Assembly (NCBI GenBank): GCA_038087875.1
Contig: JAXLNO010002656.1
Coordinates: forward strand, 62,001-121,100
DNA: 59,100 nt
From: Malacoraja senta
Lineage: Eukaryota
Direction: 5' to 3'
Below, piece after piece: positions 47,115-58,954 of this stretch. Within the stretch, counting starts at the first letter, position 1. The number at the start of each line of letters is the position of its first letter. A program made the translations under genes and the position numbers. Under the pieces are notes generated by a model. It made no database searches. It was not told the origin of the DNA and saw nothing but the letters and a program-made list of their open reading frames with translations.

Positions 47115-50100
47115 ATTGTAACCTCCACGTATCCTCGGTGCAGCATGTCAACGTGTATACGAGAATGATAGGATTGTTCCTTCTCCAGCACCACATTTCG
47201 CCTGTAGGGATACTGCCTTCTCACCGCTCTGCTCAGCATAGGTGATCCTTTAGTTTCTTTGTTAGATTTTCTCCAAAACAGATTTAGGCATTTGTATATT
47301 GGATGGTTTGCAGAGCCTGCATACTTAGGATGAATATTTGGTCTTATTGCATTTTTATGAATACAATTTATTTCAGTGCGCACTACACATGAGTGCTAAG
47401 GCATTTTGTTGTGAATACGATATATAACCTTCATCCAAACCACTGACCCCAGAAATTTCAGCACTTGTGTAATTTCAATTCTTGTGAGCGTAAACCACTG
47501 CTCAAATTACCCATATCAAGTTTATTCACTGCTGTAACTGCTACAATTTCCCGGGTCTCAAAGGTTCCCCTGTTACTCTGGGAACAGCAAAGTTTTGTGC
47601 CAGCCTTGGAACATTTGTGGCTCTGATAATGGGCTCTGGTCCTCATTTAAATCATCATCTAAATTTAAATATTCATTTTTATGTTGGGTAATTTCTGGCT
47701 CCCCTGTTTCAGGTAAGTCTCTGCCAGATTCCCCCTGCGCGGGCTCTCTTGTAGGCCCACGGACAGGCAGCCCTGCTTCAGGTGCTGCTGGCGCTGGCTC
47801 AATTCTAGGCCAACGCTTCATTATTTTTACTCTTTATATTTGTCGGTGCTGGCACATTTATCATTGCACGTTTGTGCTGCCTTTAGTTCAGGCATTTCTA
47901 GTACTGGCTCTCCAATAGGCCAACACATAACTTGCCTTTTTTATGGCATTTTTGGGCACTGGCTCCCCTGTAGGCCAACCTCTTTAATGTTTCTGCACAG
48001 GCACTGATGGCTCTCCTGTAGGCCACCCTTGTGCCTGTTCCAAGGCACCTCCTGTGCTATACTTCATTGGCCAACACCGACTTAAATCCTCCTGTGGGGG
48101 TTCTTTACAAATCATCTGCCCCATAAGGAGTTATAACGTTTTTGACCCTTGCAGTGTAATACTCTTTCCTGCCTCAGGAGGGCATACCTCCGGGTCTGAC
48201 TCATCCGAGTCTACAGGTCGGGCCGATTTTTGCCTTGCGCCCGCCCGCGGCGGTTTAACGCACATTCGACCACAACTGGAGTTAATGGCTTCGCTGCCAC
48301 TGACTCCCCTGACTGACGCCCGCTACCCTTAGGATCTGGGGATTTACTACAGTGCGTCCGTGGCCGACTCTCCTTCCCATTTCTCCATAATAAACTTGTG
48401 TGGAGTTCCATCAAACAAGTCTAAACGGGAAGGAAACGCTCCTGTAAGTGAAAAGTAACTCACTTACCTTCCAACTTTTGTTTTACTCACCGGCTGGAGG
48501 AGCTCCTGCTCCTCCACACACGGTCATGAACGCTATGCGTCTGATCGATAATGACGCGTGTGCGGCTGGACGGGGCTTCTTCACGTAGTCACTCACGTGA
48601 CTCCGAAGTAAAATCAGCTGGGGAGGGGATGATGGGCAGATGGAGCAAAGTTGGTGTATGGGTGGTTGTGGGAGAACAAATGAACACCAGTGGTATGGAT
48701 AAGCTGAAATGTGAAAACTTTATATTCATATAAAGTTACCCAGGTGGATTATCAGATATTTTACTTAAAACTTTCTGTGCCCAAGGTTAACGACAGATGG
48801 GTGAGTGTGTGAGTGGGAAGGGGTATTAAAATACCATACAACAGATCTCAGGATGATCTTTACTTCAAAGGGATGTGCTGTACAAAATGGTTGACATCTA
48901 AGCTAGTTTCTCCACAGTGTGAGCAATGATTGCAGTATAGAAAGTTGAAAGAGGTGCAAGTGAACCTCTGTCTCATTTGAACAGTTTATTCTCCTGTTGT
49001 TCACCTCTTCCTCCTCCTCTCCTACCTGTTTCCATCTACCCATTATCCTCTCCCCACCTGGTTCTACGTTTGATCTAGCAGCCTCTGTCCTATCCCTCCC
49101 TGATTGCTATATATTGGCAATTCATCCTCTTCCCTCACAGGTCTGGTGCAGGTTCTTGACCCTATTTGTGACATCAACCATTTGTCCCAATAATTTTGCT
49201 TGAGCCATTGAATGCTTTCAGTCTTCTGTTTTTAGTTGCAGATTCCATTAGCTACAGTCATTATTGGATAGAATATATTTTGTTTTAACACTGCATTTAG
49301 TCTGAGACACAGCACCAATAAATGTTGTTACATAACGCTTGGTTATTTGATGTCAAAAGTCTTGATTGTTTGTACTTTGTACATTTCTAATCTAATGCAA
49401 AGAATTTATCATCCATATGAATATAAAATTGTCCACAGTGACTGGTGGCACAGTGATCAAGTTCATTTTATGTGGCTCATTTGGTACAAGTTCTGCTCTT
49501 GAGATTTCACCTAATAATAGTTGCCTGTAGAATGTGTTTGATGAATAGACCATTGCGTATAAGATTTTTGGAAATAGCTTGGCATGAAATCCAAGTAAAC
49601 ACATTGGATTGCACCCTGTTTTATAGTGGCTTCATGTTGCCAAGTAAAGGCAAGATATATGGAATGTGCAAGATATAATATGAAAGATATAATATGCAAG
49701 GCGCAAAATTAAATTGTTGTTAAGAAAATGTAAGGCCTCCATTTATTTGCAACAGCATCAATCACAGTATTCTTACGTCAAAGTTGATTTTGTATTTTTT
49801 AAAGAATGAATGGGAACAAAATGATCAAAAATGAATTGGCAGTCAAAGTAATACAAGGTTGTAGTAGAGACAAGTGTGTAGGAACAGGCCACTCTGCCGA
49901 TCCTGCCAATACTGCTGCATATGGTCCACATGACCCTCTTCCCACCTTATGCGATCTGCAACATGGTTGGCAAGTCTGTGCTGGATTCTCCAATGTAGAA
50001 CCGACTATTCTTTTCTCTTTTGTGTTTGCCCAGCCTTCCCCTGAATGCAATTCATTGATCTGGATCCTCATTCTCACCTGTATTGGGTGGGAGGGGAGGA

Positions 50101-50858
50101 GAGGGAGCATTCTCTGTCGAATTCCCTGCTGGATTTTATGGTGGAAAAGTTTTCACCATAGTGATTCATTTAAAAGCTTTATGTATTTTAATATCTCCCT
50201 TCAGCCACTTCTCAAAGGGGTGGAGGGCAGGGGGTGGACAACTTACCCAGGGACATTCGATGACCGTGTTTTGTTTATTTTATCCAAACATTTTTTAATA
50301 TAGATTAATATAGTATTTTTTTTTGTATCTTGGGTAAGCACATTGAAATAGCAATGGATGGCGTGTTCAGAAAATTATTTCTGATTTGTCCTCGCTTTGT
50401 GAACACCAAACCAATGTATGCAGCTGCAAAAAGGCATTGGCAGCAGGGTCTCAGTTCCTTTTAAGCATCCCAGTTATCATGTTCTTCGATGCAGAGGAAA
50501 TGTGGCCACGATAAATACAAAAATGTTGAAATGCAGAATATAAAAGTAATAGGAATTCAGGCATTTGAGCCTCAACTATTATTCCATGTGATCAATTGTG
50601 ACCTAAAATTTATACCTTGATCCTTTTATTTCTCTGATCCTTTGACCATACAAATAACATATAACTCCTTGTATAAATTCAATGATCTGTGTTCAACTGC
50701 TTCCAGTGGTATAACATTCCACACCTTCATCATTCTGTGGGAGAAGTAATCGCTCTTCATCTCAACTTGAAGCCTGATCATCAGATTGTGACCACTGGGT
50801 CCTGAACTGACCGGATTTCCCTCTTGAATATATGTATTCGTACTTTTCTACACATATA

Positions 50859-50889
<31 letters not shown>

Positions 50890-53800
50890 GTGCACATTGA
50901 TTTTGTTTTTCTCTTTCTCGTTTTTCATATTGTTTACCATGTACTATGTTTACATATTCCATTGTGCTGCAGCGAGTAAGAATTTCATTATATTATCTGG
51001 GACATATGACAATAAAATACTCTTGACTCTCTTCAATCTGTACAGACCCATAAGAATGTTGTAGTTGATTTTGAATGGTCCTAATCACAATGTAAAACTA
51101 ATCGCCCAAATCGCCCTTCATACATTAGTCCTCCCATCCCTGAAATCTGATCAACCTTCACGGCACTCCCTCCATAACAAGAACATTCTTCTTAAGATCA
51201 GGAGACTAAAACTGCAGATGCCATGGTCTTGGCAAGCACATTTCTCAGAATAACATGATGTATCTTTAGAAAGGGATAAGGAGGAATCTCAAGAGTCAGA
51301 GGGTGGTGAATCACATATTAAGTTCTTGGAGCTCTGGAAAATTATCAATCTTTGATGGGAAGAATGGATAGGGAGGCTGCTCACTTTGCTGGAGGGTTTG
51401 AGAGTGGACAAGGAATTCTATGCAACGTGCGTTTGGAATTTCAAGTGTACGGCACGTAGATGTTGTGTAATTGGCTCCATTATGCCCTTAGTGCATTGGA
51501 AAAGGTAAACGGGGTTTTCACCTAAGATTACATTTTCTGCTAACTGCACTTTATGGTAAGCAAGTAGGCTGGCTTTGGGAAACAATTAGATGATTGAGGG
51601 CTCACTTAGAATAACTGGGAAATGATGGAGCAGCCTACAAGGATATTTACAGTGTAGCTAAAGGATAAGTTAAACCTTTCTTTTCTCTGAGACATGCAAG
51701 AATAGCTCGGTGCTTGATTTAATGCAGAATCTTTGAAGGACAGTGGCTGGGCCCGCAAGATCTCTACACCAGCCATCATAAATAGGAGTCTCCAATGGGC
51801 AGAAGACTGTGAGACTTGATGGTATTTGCCATGGCTTCTATCATTTAACACATTGAGCTGAAAGCCATGAGATTCATTGCTTTTTTAATGCTTTATCTTG
51901 TAATTTGACATAATAAAGATAGTCATTTGTACCCTTGAAATTTTCTTTCTCCGTTCATTGATCCAAATCCTATTTATGTTTCATCACAAAGAGAGAATTG
52001 GATCAACTAATTGTGAGCAAAAACATGCAAAACTACAGTCGAAGGGCTGGGGTTGAACAAGTGATTTTCTCCAGTAGAGAGGTGGCATTGGCCTGATAGG
52101 ATGAATGGTCCCCATCAGCACAGTAAACATTTAAATGATCCATTGATTTGTATTCATCATCGTATATCAAATAAACTTAGGGATACGGAAGGAGAAATAT
52201 TTTGGCCTGTTTATATGGTGCAAAATAACCCACCCCAGAACAATAAATAGTTGTGAATTTACACTTAATATTATCTGTCACTGAAGCAGAGTGCAGAGGT
52301 TCTCAAATTCATTTAAGAAATAGTATTAAGGCGACTGTATAGAAAATGGTGGGTATTGGCTGCAAGATGGGAGTAGTATTGTAGAGTAGTGATGAGGTGT
52401 TTTGATGGCAGTGATCATAATTTAGCATGATTAAAGTAGCAATGTACACTAGGAACGCAGGTTCGCAGCTGAGGTGAAAACATTTCCAAGACTGCAACAT
52501 AATTTAACAGAAATGTAATACAAAATGTAATAAAATAGGGCAATTAAATGGTAACAGTTAACAGATCTCTGGGGATACTAGAAACTGCAGATGTTGGATC
52601 GTTGAGCAAAACTGTTGGAGGAACACAGTGCGTCAGGCAACATCTGTGGGATGGAATGAACCAACGACAATTCAGGCTGGAACTCTTGTTCAGACTGGTG
52701 ACTTCAAAACGTTGTCAGTCGATTCCCACCACAGATGCTGCCTGACACACTGAATTCTTCATGCACTTTGTTTTTAACACACCAGCTGGAAAGAGTCCAG
52801 AGAAGATTTACAAGGAGACTTGATAGTGGCATTTGAAGTCTTTAGAAAGGCATAGATATGCAGGGAAAGGAGGGATATGGAACATGTGTTGGTGGAGGAG
52901 ATTAGTTCAACTTGTCATCACGTTTGGAACAGAAGGTGTGGCCCCAAGGGCCTGTTCCTATGCTGAACTGTTCTGCATGTCACTGAGTCTATGTTCAGGG
53001 AGGGTGAGGTTGAGAAGGCTCTGATTTCAATAGAAAATAGGTGCAGGAGTAGGCCATTCGATCCTTCGAGCCAGCACCGCCATTCAATGTGATCATGGCT
53101 GATCATCCCCAATCAGTACCCCGTTCCTGCCTTCTCCCCATATCCCCTGACTCCGCTATTTTTAAGAGCCCTATCTAGCTCTCTCTTGAAAGCATCCACT
53201 GCCCTCTGAGGCAGAGAATTTCACAGACTCACCACTCTCTGTGAGAAAAAGTGTTTCCTCGTCTCCGTTCTAAATGGCTTACTCCTTATTCTTAAACTGT
53301 GGTCCCTGGTTCTGGAAATGTGGCCCCTGGTTCTGGATTTCATTCCTTAGAGTGCAAAAGGATGGGGTGATCTGAAAGAGGTTTACAAAATTTTGTGAGC
53401 AATCAATCAGGTAAATGCGCATGAGTTTTTTGCCCACAATAGGGGACTCGAGAACCAGAGAATATATATTTACGGTGAGAGGTGGGTGAGTGTGGAGATT
53501 TAATAGGAACCTGGGGATAACATTTTTACACAAAGAGTGGTGGGTATATGGAACGAGCTGCCAGAGGAGGAGGTTGAGACCGGTACTATCATAACAATAA
53601 ATAGACAATTGGACAGGTACATGCATAGGATAGGTTTAGAGGGTTATGAGCCAAGCGTGGGGAGTTGGGACTAATGTAGATGGGGCATGCTGTGCCGAAA
53701 AGCCCGTTTCGACGCAGTCTTACTAGGGGCAATTTACAGGGGGCAATTAACCGATAAACCTGCACGAGTTTGGAATGTGGGTGGAGACCAGCGCCCGGAG

Positions 53801-54223
53801 AAAACCCACGTACGACGTTCACACAGACAGCGTCCGTAGTCGGGATCAAACCCGGGTCTCTGACGCTGCGAGGCATCCGTTCGACTGCTGCGAATTTTGT
53901 TTGTATTTTCTGATTTAAATCAAAGATGTTGGTATAGATATGAGTTCCATGTTTAGGAAATGTGTGAATGTCAGCAAAGTTGTTTGCAGGTGTAGTATTA
54001 GGCAAGATGTAAACTGCCTTGACATTCAATAACATTACCAAGCTAACTCCTCCGCCATCAATCTCTGTTCAAATAATAATTGAATCACCGTCTTTTTGAC
54101 CAGACAGTAGGACTCGCGTGAACTTGGAAGCTGCAGGGAAAATGACTAATTTGGACGGGTGTTACTTTTGGCCACTGAATGGAAGATTATAATCATTTTC
54201 CTCTGGACGGTGGAATCAACACC

Positions 54224-54235
54224 CTTTCGCTTTCC
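54224..54235. promoter_or_regulatory. ISRE/IRF-type element in a short CpG-enriched unique segment (about 54030-54420)
   Basis: CTTTCGCTTTCC (GGAAAGCGAAAG on the minus strand) matches GAAANNGAAA. Motif match only. Confidence 0.4.
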
Positions 54236-54843
54236 AAGCGGGCAATTAGTGCTCTTCTCCCTTTGAAATCTACCGTGTAAAAATAGCACCTGCAGATCAA
54301 GATCCAAATTGACCGCCATTCTGATTTGGAAATATGTCCTGATCCTCAGTATTGCAAATGCCGAATCGCCCCACGCCGACAGAATATTGTACTGGCGCCA
54401 GGAGGTCTTCAGCGGTGGAAAAAAGGATGGCTCTTCACTGTAGATGAAATGTGCATGTACCTTTAACATAGTGACCTCACCACTACTAACCACTCCCCAC
54501 ATCACTGGTATAATTACAACCTTCCCACCCAGTTCTCTCTCTCTCTCTGGTTCCAGTGACAGACCACGGACAGCTAGGGCAGCAAAGTATGTTTATTATG
54601 AATAAACAGTAGTAACGATACAGTGCATTATGACCCATCTTTACATTCACCACGTAGTCAAAGGCAAAAAGGAAATTTTAATACAACCTTGCTACCTGCT
54701 TAAAATAAACACTGGGTGCTGCAATCGATAGATACAACGTGTTGGTTTATTATTGACACGGGTAACTAGATACAGTGAAAACCCCTTTGCGTGGTATTCA
54801 GCCAAATCATACTATGCATGAATACAATTAAGCCATACATAAG

Positions 54844-55397
54844 TGTGAGATGCAAAATCACAAACGCTTTTAGAGGCAAAGTCGGCAAAGAAGCTTTTTA
54901 TTTAAATCATATTCTGCAGAATAGGTGCCTCTCCTCTGATGTCCCCTAGAGGCACACCGAGGATCGGGATGTCTTCTATCTTTATACATTTCATGGGTAT
55001 CATTGTCACACCCTCATCCATCCCCATTGAGCTTCTTCCAATCATAACATAAAGCCCACATTCGCACGAGAATGTCCTGGAACGTCCACCCGACGTCAAA
55101 GACACCTCCCATATCATGCATCGCATGTGCATTTAAATTAGGCATCTTGTCATAGTGGGTGTGTGTACATATTCATGTAAGTTCATTAGGCATGCACAGA
55201 TATGTTTGACCTTATGTACTTTCTCTCTTTCTACTTCTCAAATCTTCTGCTGAATTTGCTACTTTTTATCTAGAATTTCTCTCTGTTCTATATATCGTTA
55301 TTTTCTATTTTACCAGCAGTCTGGCTTCTGCTGACACCCCAAGCCATTTTTCTATCCCTAGTCTAAATCAACCATGTCTGTTAACTCTTTCCTCACA
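54844..55397 (-). mobile_element. Endogenous retrovirus 3' LTR (554 bp)
   Basis: Termini TGTGAG...CTCACA. Preceded by polypurine tract AAAAAAGAAAAGGGTGAAT (55416-55398). On the minus strand: inverted CCAAT at about 55040, TATAAA 54986-54981 and AATAAA 54902-54897. Confidence 0.85.
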
Positions 55398-55812
55398 ATT
55401 CACCCTTTTCTTTTTTGCTACGCAACCTTTGATTTCTACTATCTTCCTTTTCTAATGCTAGCAGCAGATTCTTCGCCTCCCTATCCCCCTCTCGTTGGTT
55501 ATACTGTGTTCTGAAGGCCATCATGGTGGCAGCGCTGTTCTTTGTCAGGGCTGTTTCTATCAATCGCTGAGCCAATCCCCGTACGCAGGGAATGATACAA
55601 CATCCGAACAAACACAGTAACCCCACCATGACTACCACTGATGTTAGAGCTGAGGTAAAGCAGTGCTTCCATTTCCCAAACCAGGATTCTAGAAACCCAG
55701 TCCAGGAGTTGTCTACTCCAGAGTTCTCAGCCAATTCGATAGTCAGAGAGGTGAGACCTGCTAGGGCTCTTGACACTGACCCATCCGGAGCAGTGTTGTT
55801 GGGGATGAATCG
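55393..55812 (-). pseudogene. ERV env, C-terminal part of the TM subunit (fish class-I/epsilon-like type)
   Basis: FIPNNTAPDGSVSRALAGL..LAENSGVDN.WTGFLESWFGKWK, membrane helix SVVVMVGLLCLFGCCIIPCVRGL. Frame is open to a stop inside the first LTR bases. Confidence 0.82.
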
Positions 55813-56049
55813 CCCGTTCACACACGCGCGGGTGGAGGGCGTGCGTGTGTGCGGGCACACAATACTTCAGGTGTGGTCTCACCAGGGCCCTGTACAACTG
55901 CAGAAGGACCTCTTTGCTCCAATACTCAACTCCTCTTGTTATAAAGGCCAACAGGCCAAAACTGCACACAATACTCCAGGTGTGGTCTCACCAGGGCCCT
56001 GTACAACTGCAGAAGGACCTCTTTGCTCCTGTACTCAACTCCTCTTGTT

Positions 56050-57400
56050 ATTCAGATTCAGATTCAGATTATTTAATGACCACACAGTCAAGCTGGTGGA
56101 ATTCATGTTCAGTACAGGATGTTACACAATAGGCTGATTCCCGTCAAACATAACATAAAACACAACAACATACAGTATACAGTACATGCACGAGGTGGCT
56201 ATGTGATGTTGTCATAGAGTGTTCAGATTTCGAATTGCATATGGGTAGAAACTGTTTTTAAATCGTGATGTTTTGGTGGGCAGTGAGCTGTAGCGCCTTC
56301 CTGACGGCAGCAGGTGGAAGATGTGGTGAGCTGGGTGGGAGGGATCAGAAATGATTTTATTCACCCTTGACACAGACCGTTTGAGATTGAGTGATTCTAT
56401 TGATGGGAGGGAAGTGCTGATGATTTTGGATGCTTTGTTGACAATGCGCTGTAGTTTATTACGGGAGTGAGTGTCTAAACTGCTGTACCAAACTGTTATT
56501 GATGAAGTGAGCATGCTTTGGATGATGGCTGTGTAAAATCGGATTAGGAGATGTTTCCTCACTCTGAACGTCTTGAGCTGACGGAGAAAGAAAAGTCTTT
56601 GGTTGGCTTTTTTATAAATGTGATCTGAATTGATTTTCCATTTGAGGTTATTGCTTATGTGAGTGCCAAGAAATTTGAATGAGTCAGTGGTGGATATGGG
56701 TTCGCCAGAGATGAGTAGGGTGGTCTTGGGTTGTGCCTTCCGTCTGAGATCAATGATAAGTTCATGTGTTTTTGATGTGTTGAGTAGGAGGTTATTATCT
56801 GCTTTGTTTGTTTGAGTGCGGTATTCTGTTTCGTTGTTGTTAGAGATGAGACCTATAATGGTTGTGTCATCTGCGTATTTATATATTTTGACTGAACTAT
56901 ACTGGGATGTGAGTTGATTTGTGTAGAGTGAGAATAACCAGGGTGACAAGACGCAGCCCTGAGGGGCTCCTGTACTGAGGTGCAGAGGGTGAGATATGGT
57001 GTTATGTATCTTCACCCTCTGTTGTCTGTTCCAAAGGAAGCTATAGATCCAATGACAGACGCAGGGGTCAATGTTCATGTCCGTTAATTTATGGAAAAGT
57101 TTAACCGGGTTGATGGAGTTGAATGCCGAACTGTAGTCCATGAACAGGATGCGGGCGTAAGTGTTGGCGGTTTCCAGGTGTTGCAGAGTGTGATGGATGG
57201 CCAGGTTGACTGTGTCTTCTACTGACCTGTTTGCTCTATATGCGAATTGATGTGGATCCATGTTGGATGAAGTGCTGGTTTTGAGGTGAGCGAGAATAAT
57301 GCGCTCAAATGACTTCATGGCCACAGATGTAAGGGCAATCGGTCTGTAGTCATTGAGGCAGGATGTTGTGTTAGACTTGGGCACAGAAATGATGGTGGAT
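56050..57400 (-). mobile_element. Rex1/Babar-type LINE, 5'-truncated; open RT ORF 56212-57384
   Basis: YRPIALTS, ARILFMDYSSAFNSI, GAPQGCVLSP, KYADD, RFKNSFYP. (TCTGAA)n tail at 56050-56070. Confidence 0.92.
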
Positions 57401-57944
57401 TAGGAAGGCGAACAGGTCAAAACTGCACACAATACTCCAGGTGTGGTCTCACTAGGGCCCTGTACAACTGCAGAAGGACATCATTGCTCCAATACTCAAC
57501 TCTTTCTCTGTTTTCTTTAGTGGCCTTTCCAAATAAAATGAAAACATATTTTACACTTTGTGGACACCTTGATGTTTGAAATATGTTCTTCAACCAGTTT
57601 AGTCTAGTTTAGTTTAGAGATACAGTACGGAAACAGGCCCTTCGGCCCCACCGAGTCCGTGCTGACCAGCGATGCCCGCACACTAACACTATCCTACACA
57701 CACACAGGGGGACAATTTACAATCTTTACCAGAAGCCAATTAACATACAAACCCGCACATCTTTGGAGTGTGATAGAAAAACAGAGCGCCCGGAGAAAAC
57801 CCACACAGGTCACGGGGAGAGAACGTGCAAACACCGCACAGACAGCACCCGTGGTCGGGATGGAACCGGGGTCTCTGGCGCCGTGAGGCGGTAACTCTAC
57901 CGCTGGGTCACCGTGACGACCAGAGAGGGAGGGAGAGGTGGATA

Positions 57945-58082
57945 CTTCTCTCTACCTCTCTCTCTCTCTCTCTCTCTCCCTGCTTCTCTATCTCTCTCTC
58001 TCTCCTGCCTCTCACTCTCCCCCCCCTCTCCCTCTCTCTCTCTCCCTCTCTCTCTCCCTCCATCCCTCCATCCCCCCCTCCT
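57945..58082. repeat. (CT)n / C-rich low-complexity tract
   Basis: Directly visible. Confidence 0.9.
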
Positions 58083-58099
58083 TTGTTCTCTCCATTCCA

Positions 58100-58315
58100 C
58101 CCTCAATGCCCCAAAAAACAACAACAAAACACCCGGAACCAAAACTGCGGCGTTTCGCCCTCCACCCGGAGGCCTGAGACCCGCCGTCCCACTTTGCCAG
58201 CGCTGGTGCGCCGCCCTAAACCGTCCCCCCTTTCCCCGGAAGCGCCTTTGTGGACGAGAGGTTCGCCACCCGACCGGAAGTGGTGCGGGAATCCAGCTGT
58301 GAAGAGCAGGTAAGG
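58100..58315 (+). promoter_or_regulatory. CpG-rich promoter and probable non-coding first exon of an unidentified + strand gene
   Basis: High CpG density, ETS/GABP sites CCGGAAG (58236-58242) and CCGGAAGT (58274-58281), then a strong donor CAG|GTAAGG at 58310. Confidence 0.6.
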
Positions 58316-58346
58316 ATAAAAGCGCTGTCATGCAGCGGGAGGCAGC

Positions 58347-58954
58347 AATGCAGCCAGTGATGCATGCATTCCCTTTAATGCAGCCAGTGATGCATGCATT
58401 CCCTTTAATGCAGCCAGTGATGCATGCATTCCCTTTAATGCAGCCAGTGATGCATGCATTCCCTTTAATGCAGCCAGTGATGCATGCATTCCCTTTGATG
58501 CAGCCAGTGATGCATGCATTGCCTTTAATGCAGCCAGTGATGCATGCATTCCCTTTAATGCAGCCAGTGATGCATGCATTCCCTTTAATGCAGCCAGTGA
58601 CGCATGCATTCCATTTAATGCAGCCAGTGATGCATGCATTGCCTTTAATGCAGCCAGTGATATATGCCTTCACTTTAATGCAGCCAGTGATGCATGCATT
58701 CCCTTTAATGCAGCCAGTGACACATGCATTCCCTTTAATGCAGCCAGTGACGCATGCATTCCCTTTAATGCAGACAGTGATGCATGCATTCCCTTTAATG
58801 CAGCCAGTGATGCATGCATTCCCTTTAATGCAGCCAGTGATGCATGCATTCCCTTTAATGCAGCCAGTGATGCATGCATTCCCTTTAATGCAGCCAGTGA
58901 TGCATGCATTCCCTTTAATGCAACCAGTAATGCATGCACGCCCTTTAATGCAGC
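58347..58954. repeat. Minisatellite, 20 x 30 bp (AATGCAGCCAGTGATGCATGCATTCCCTTT) plus a partial unit
   Basis: Counted directly; head-to-tail units without spacers and with few substitutions. Confidence 0.97.

Larger units (their letters stand above)
43647..48614 (-). mobile_element. DIRS1-type tyrosine-recombinase retrotransposon, copy 2 (different subfamily), inserted in a Penelope fragment (43480-43646 + 48615-48990)
   Basis: Perfect 35-bp ITR 43722-43756 / 48552-48586. ICR 43873-43986. gag, RT, RNase H, MT and YR in order from right to left. Confidence 0.95.

Noticed and set aside
49392-49699. Cluster of short ORFs suggesting a host exon
   Set aside because: The minus strand shows a decayed CR1 RT motif (CVYLDF), and there are no consistent splice signals.
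51340-52500. Unique 1.1-kb region with scattered open frames and splice-like sites
   Set aside because: No frame gave a recognisable protein or a phase-consistent exon chain. Left unannotated; a tBLASTx against other chondrichthyans would settle it.
54307-54441. Signal-peptide-like + strand stretch LTAILIWKYVLILSIANAES
   Set aside because: No in-frame ATG, no suitable donor, and a stop soon after.
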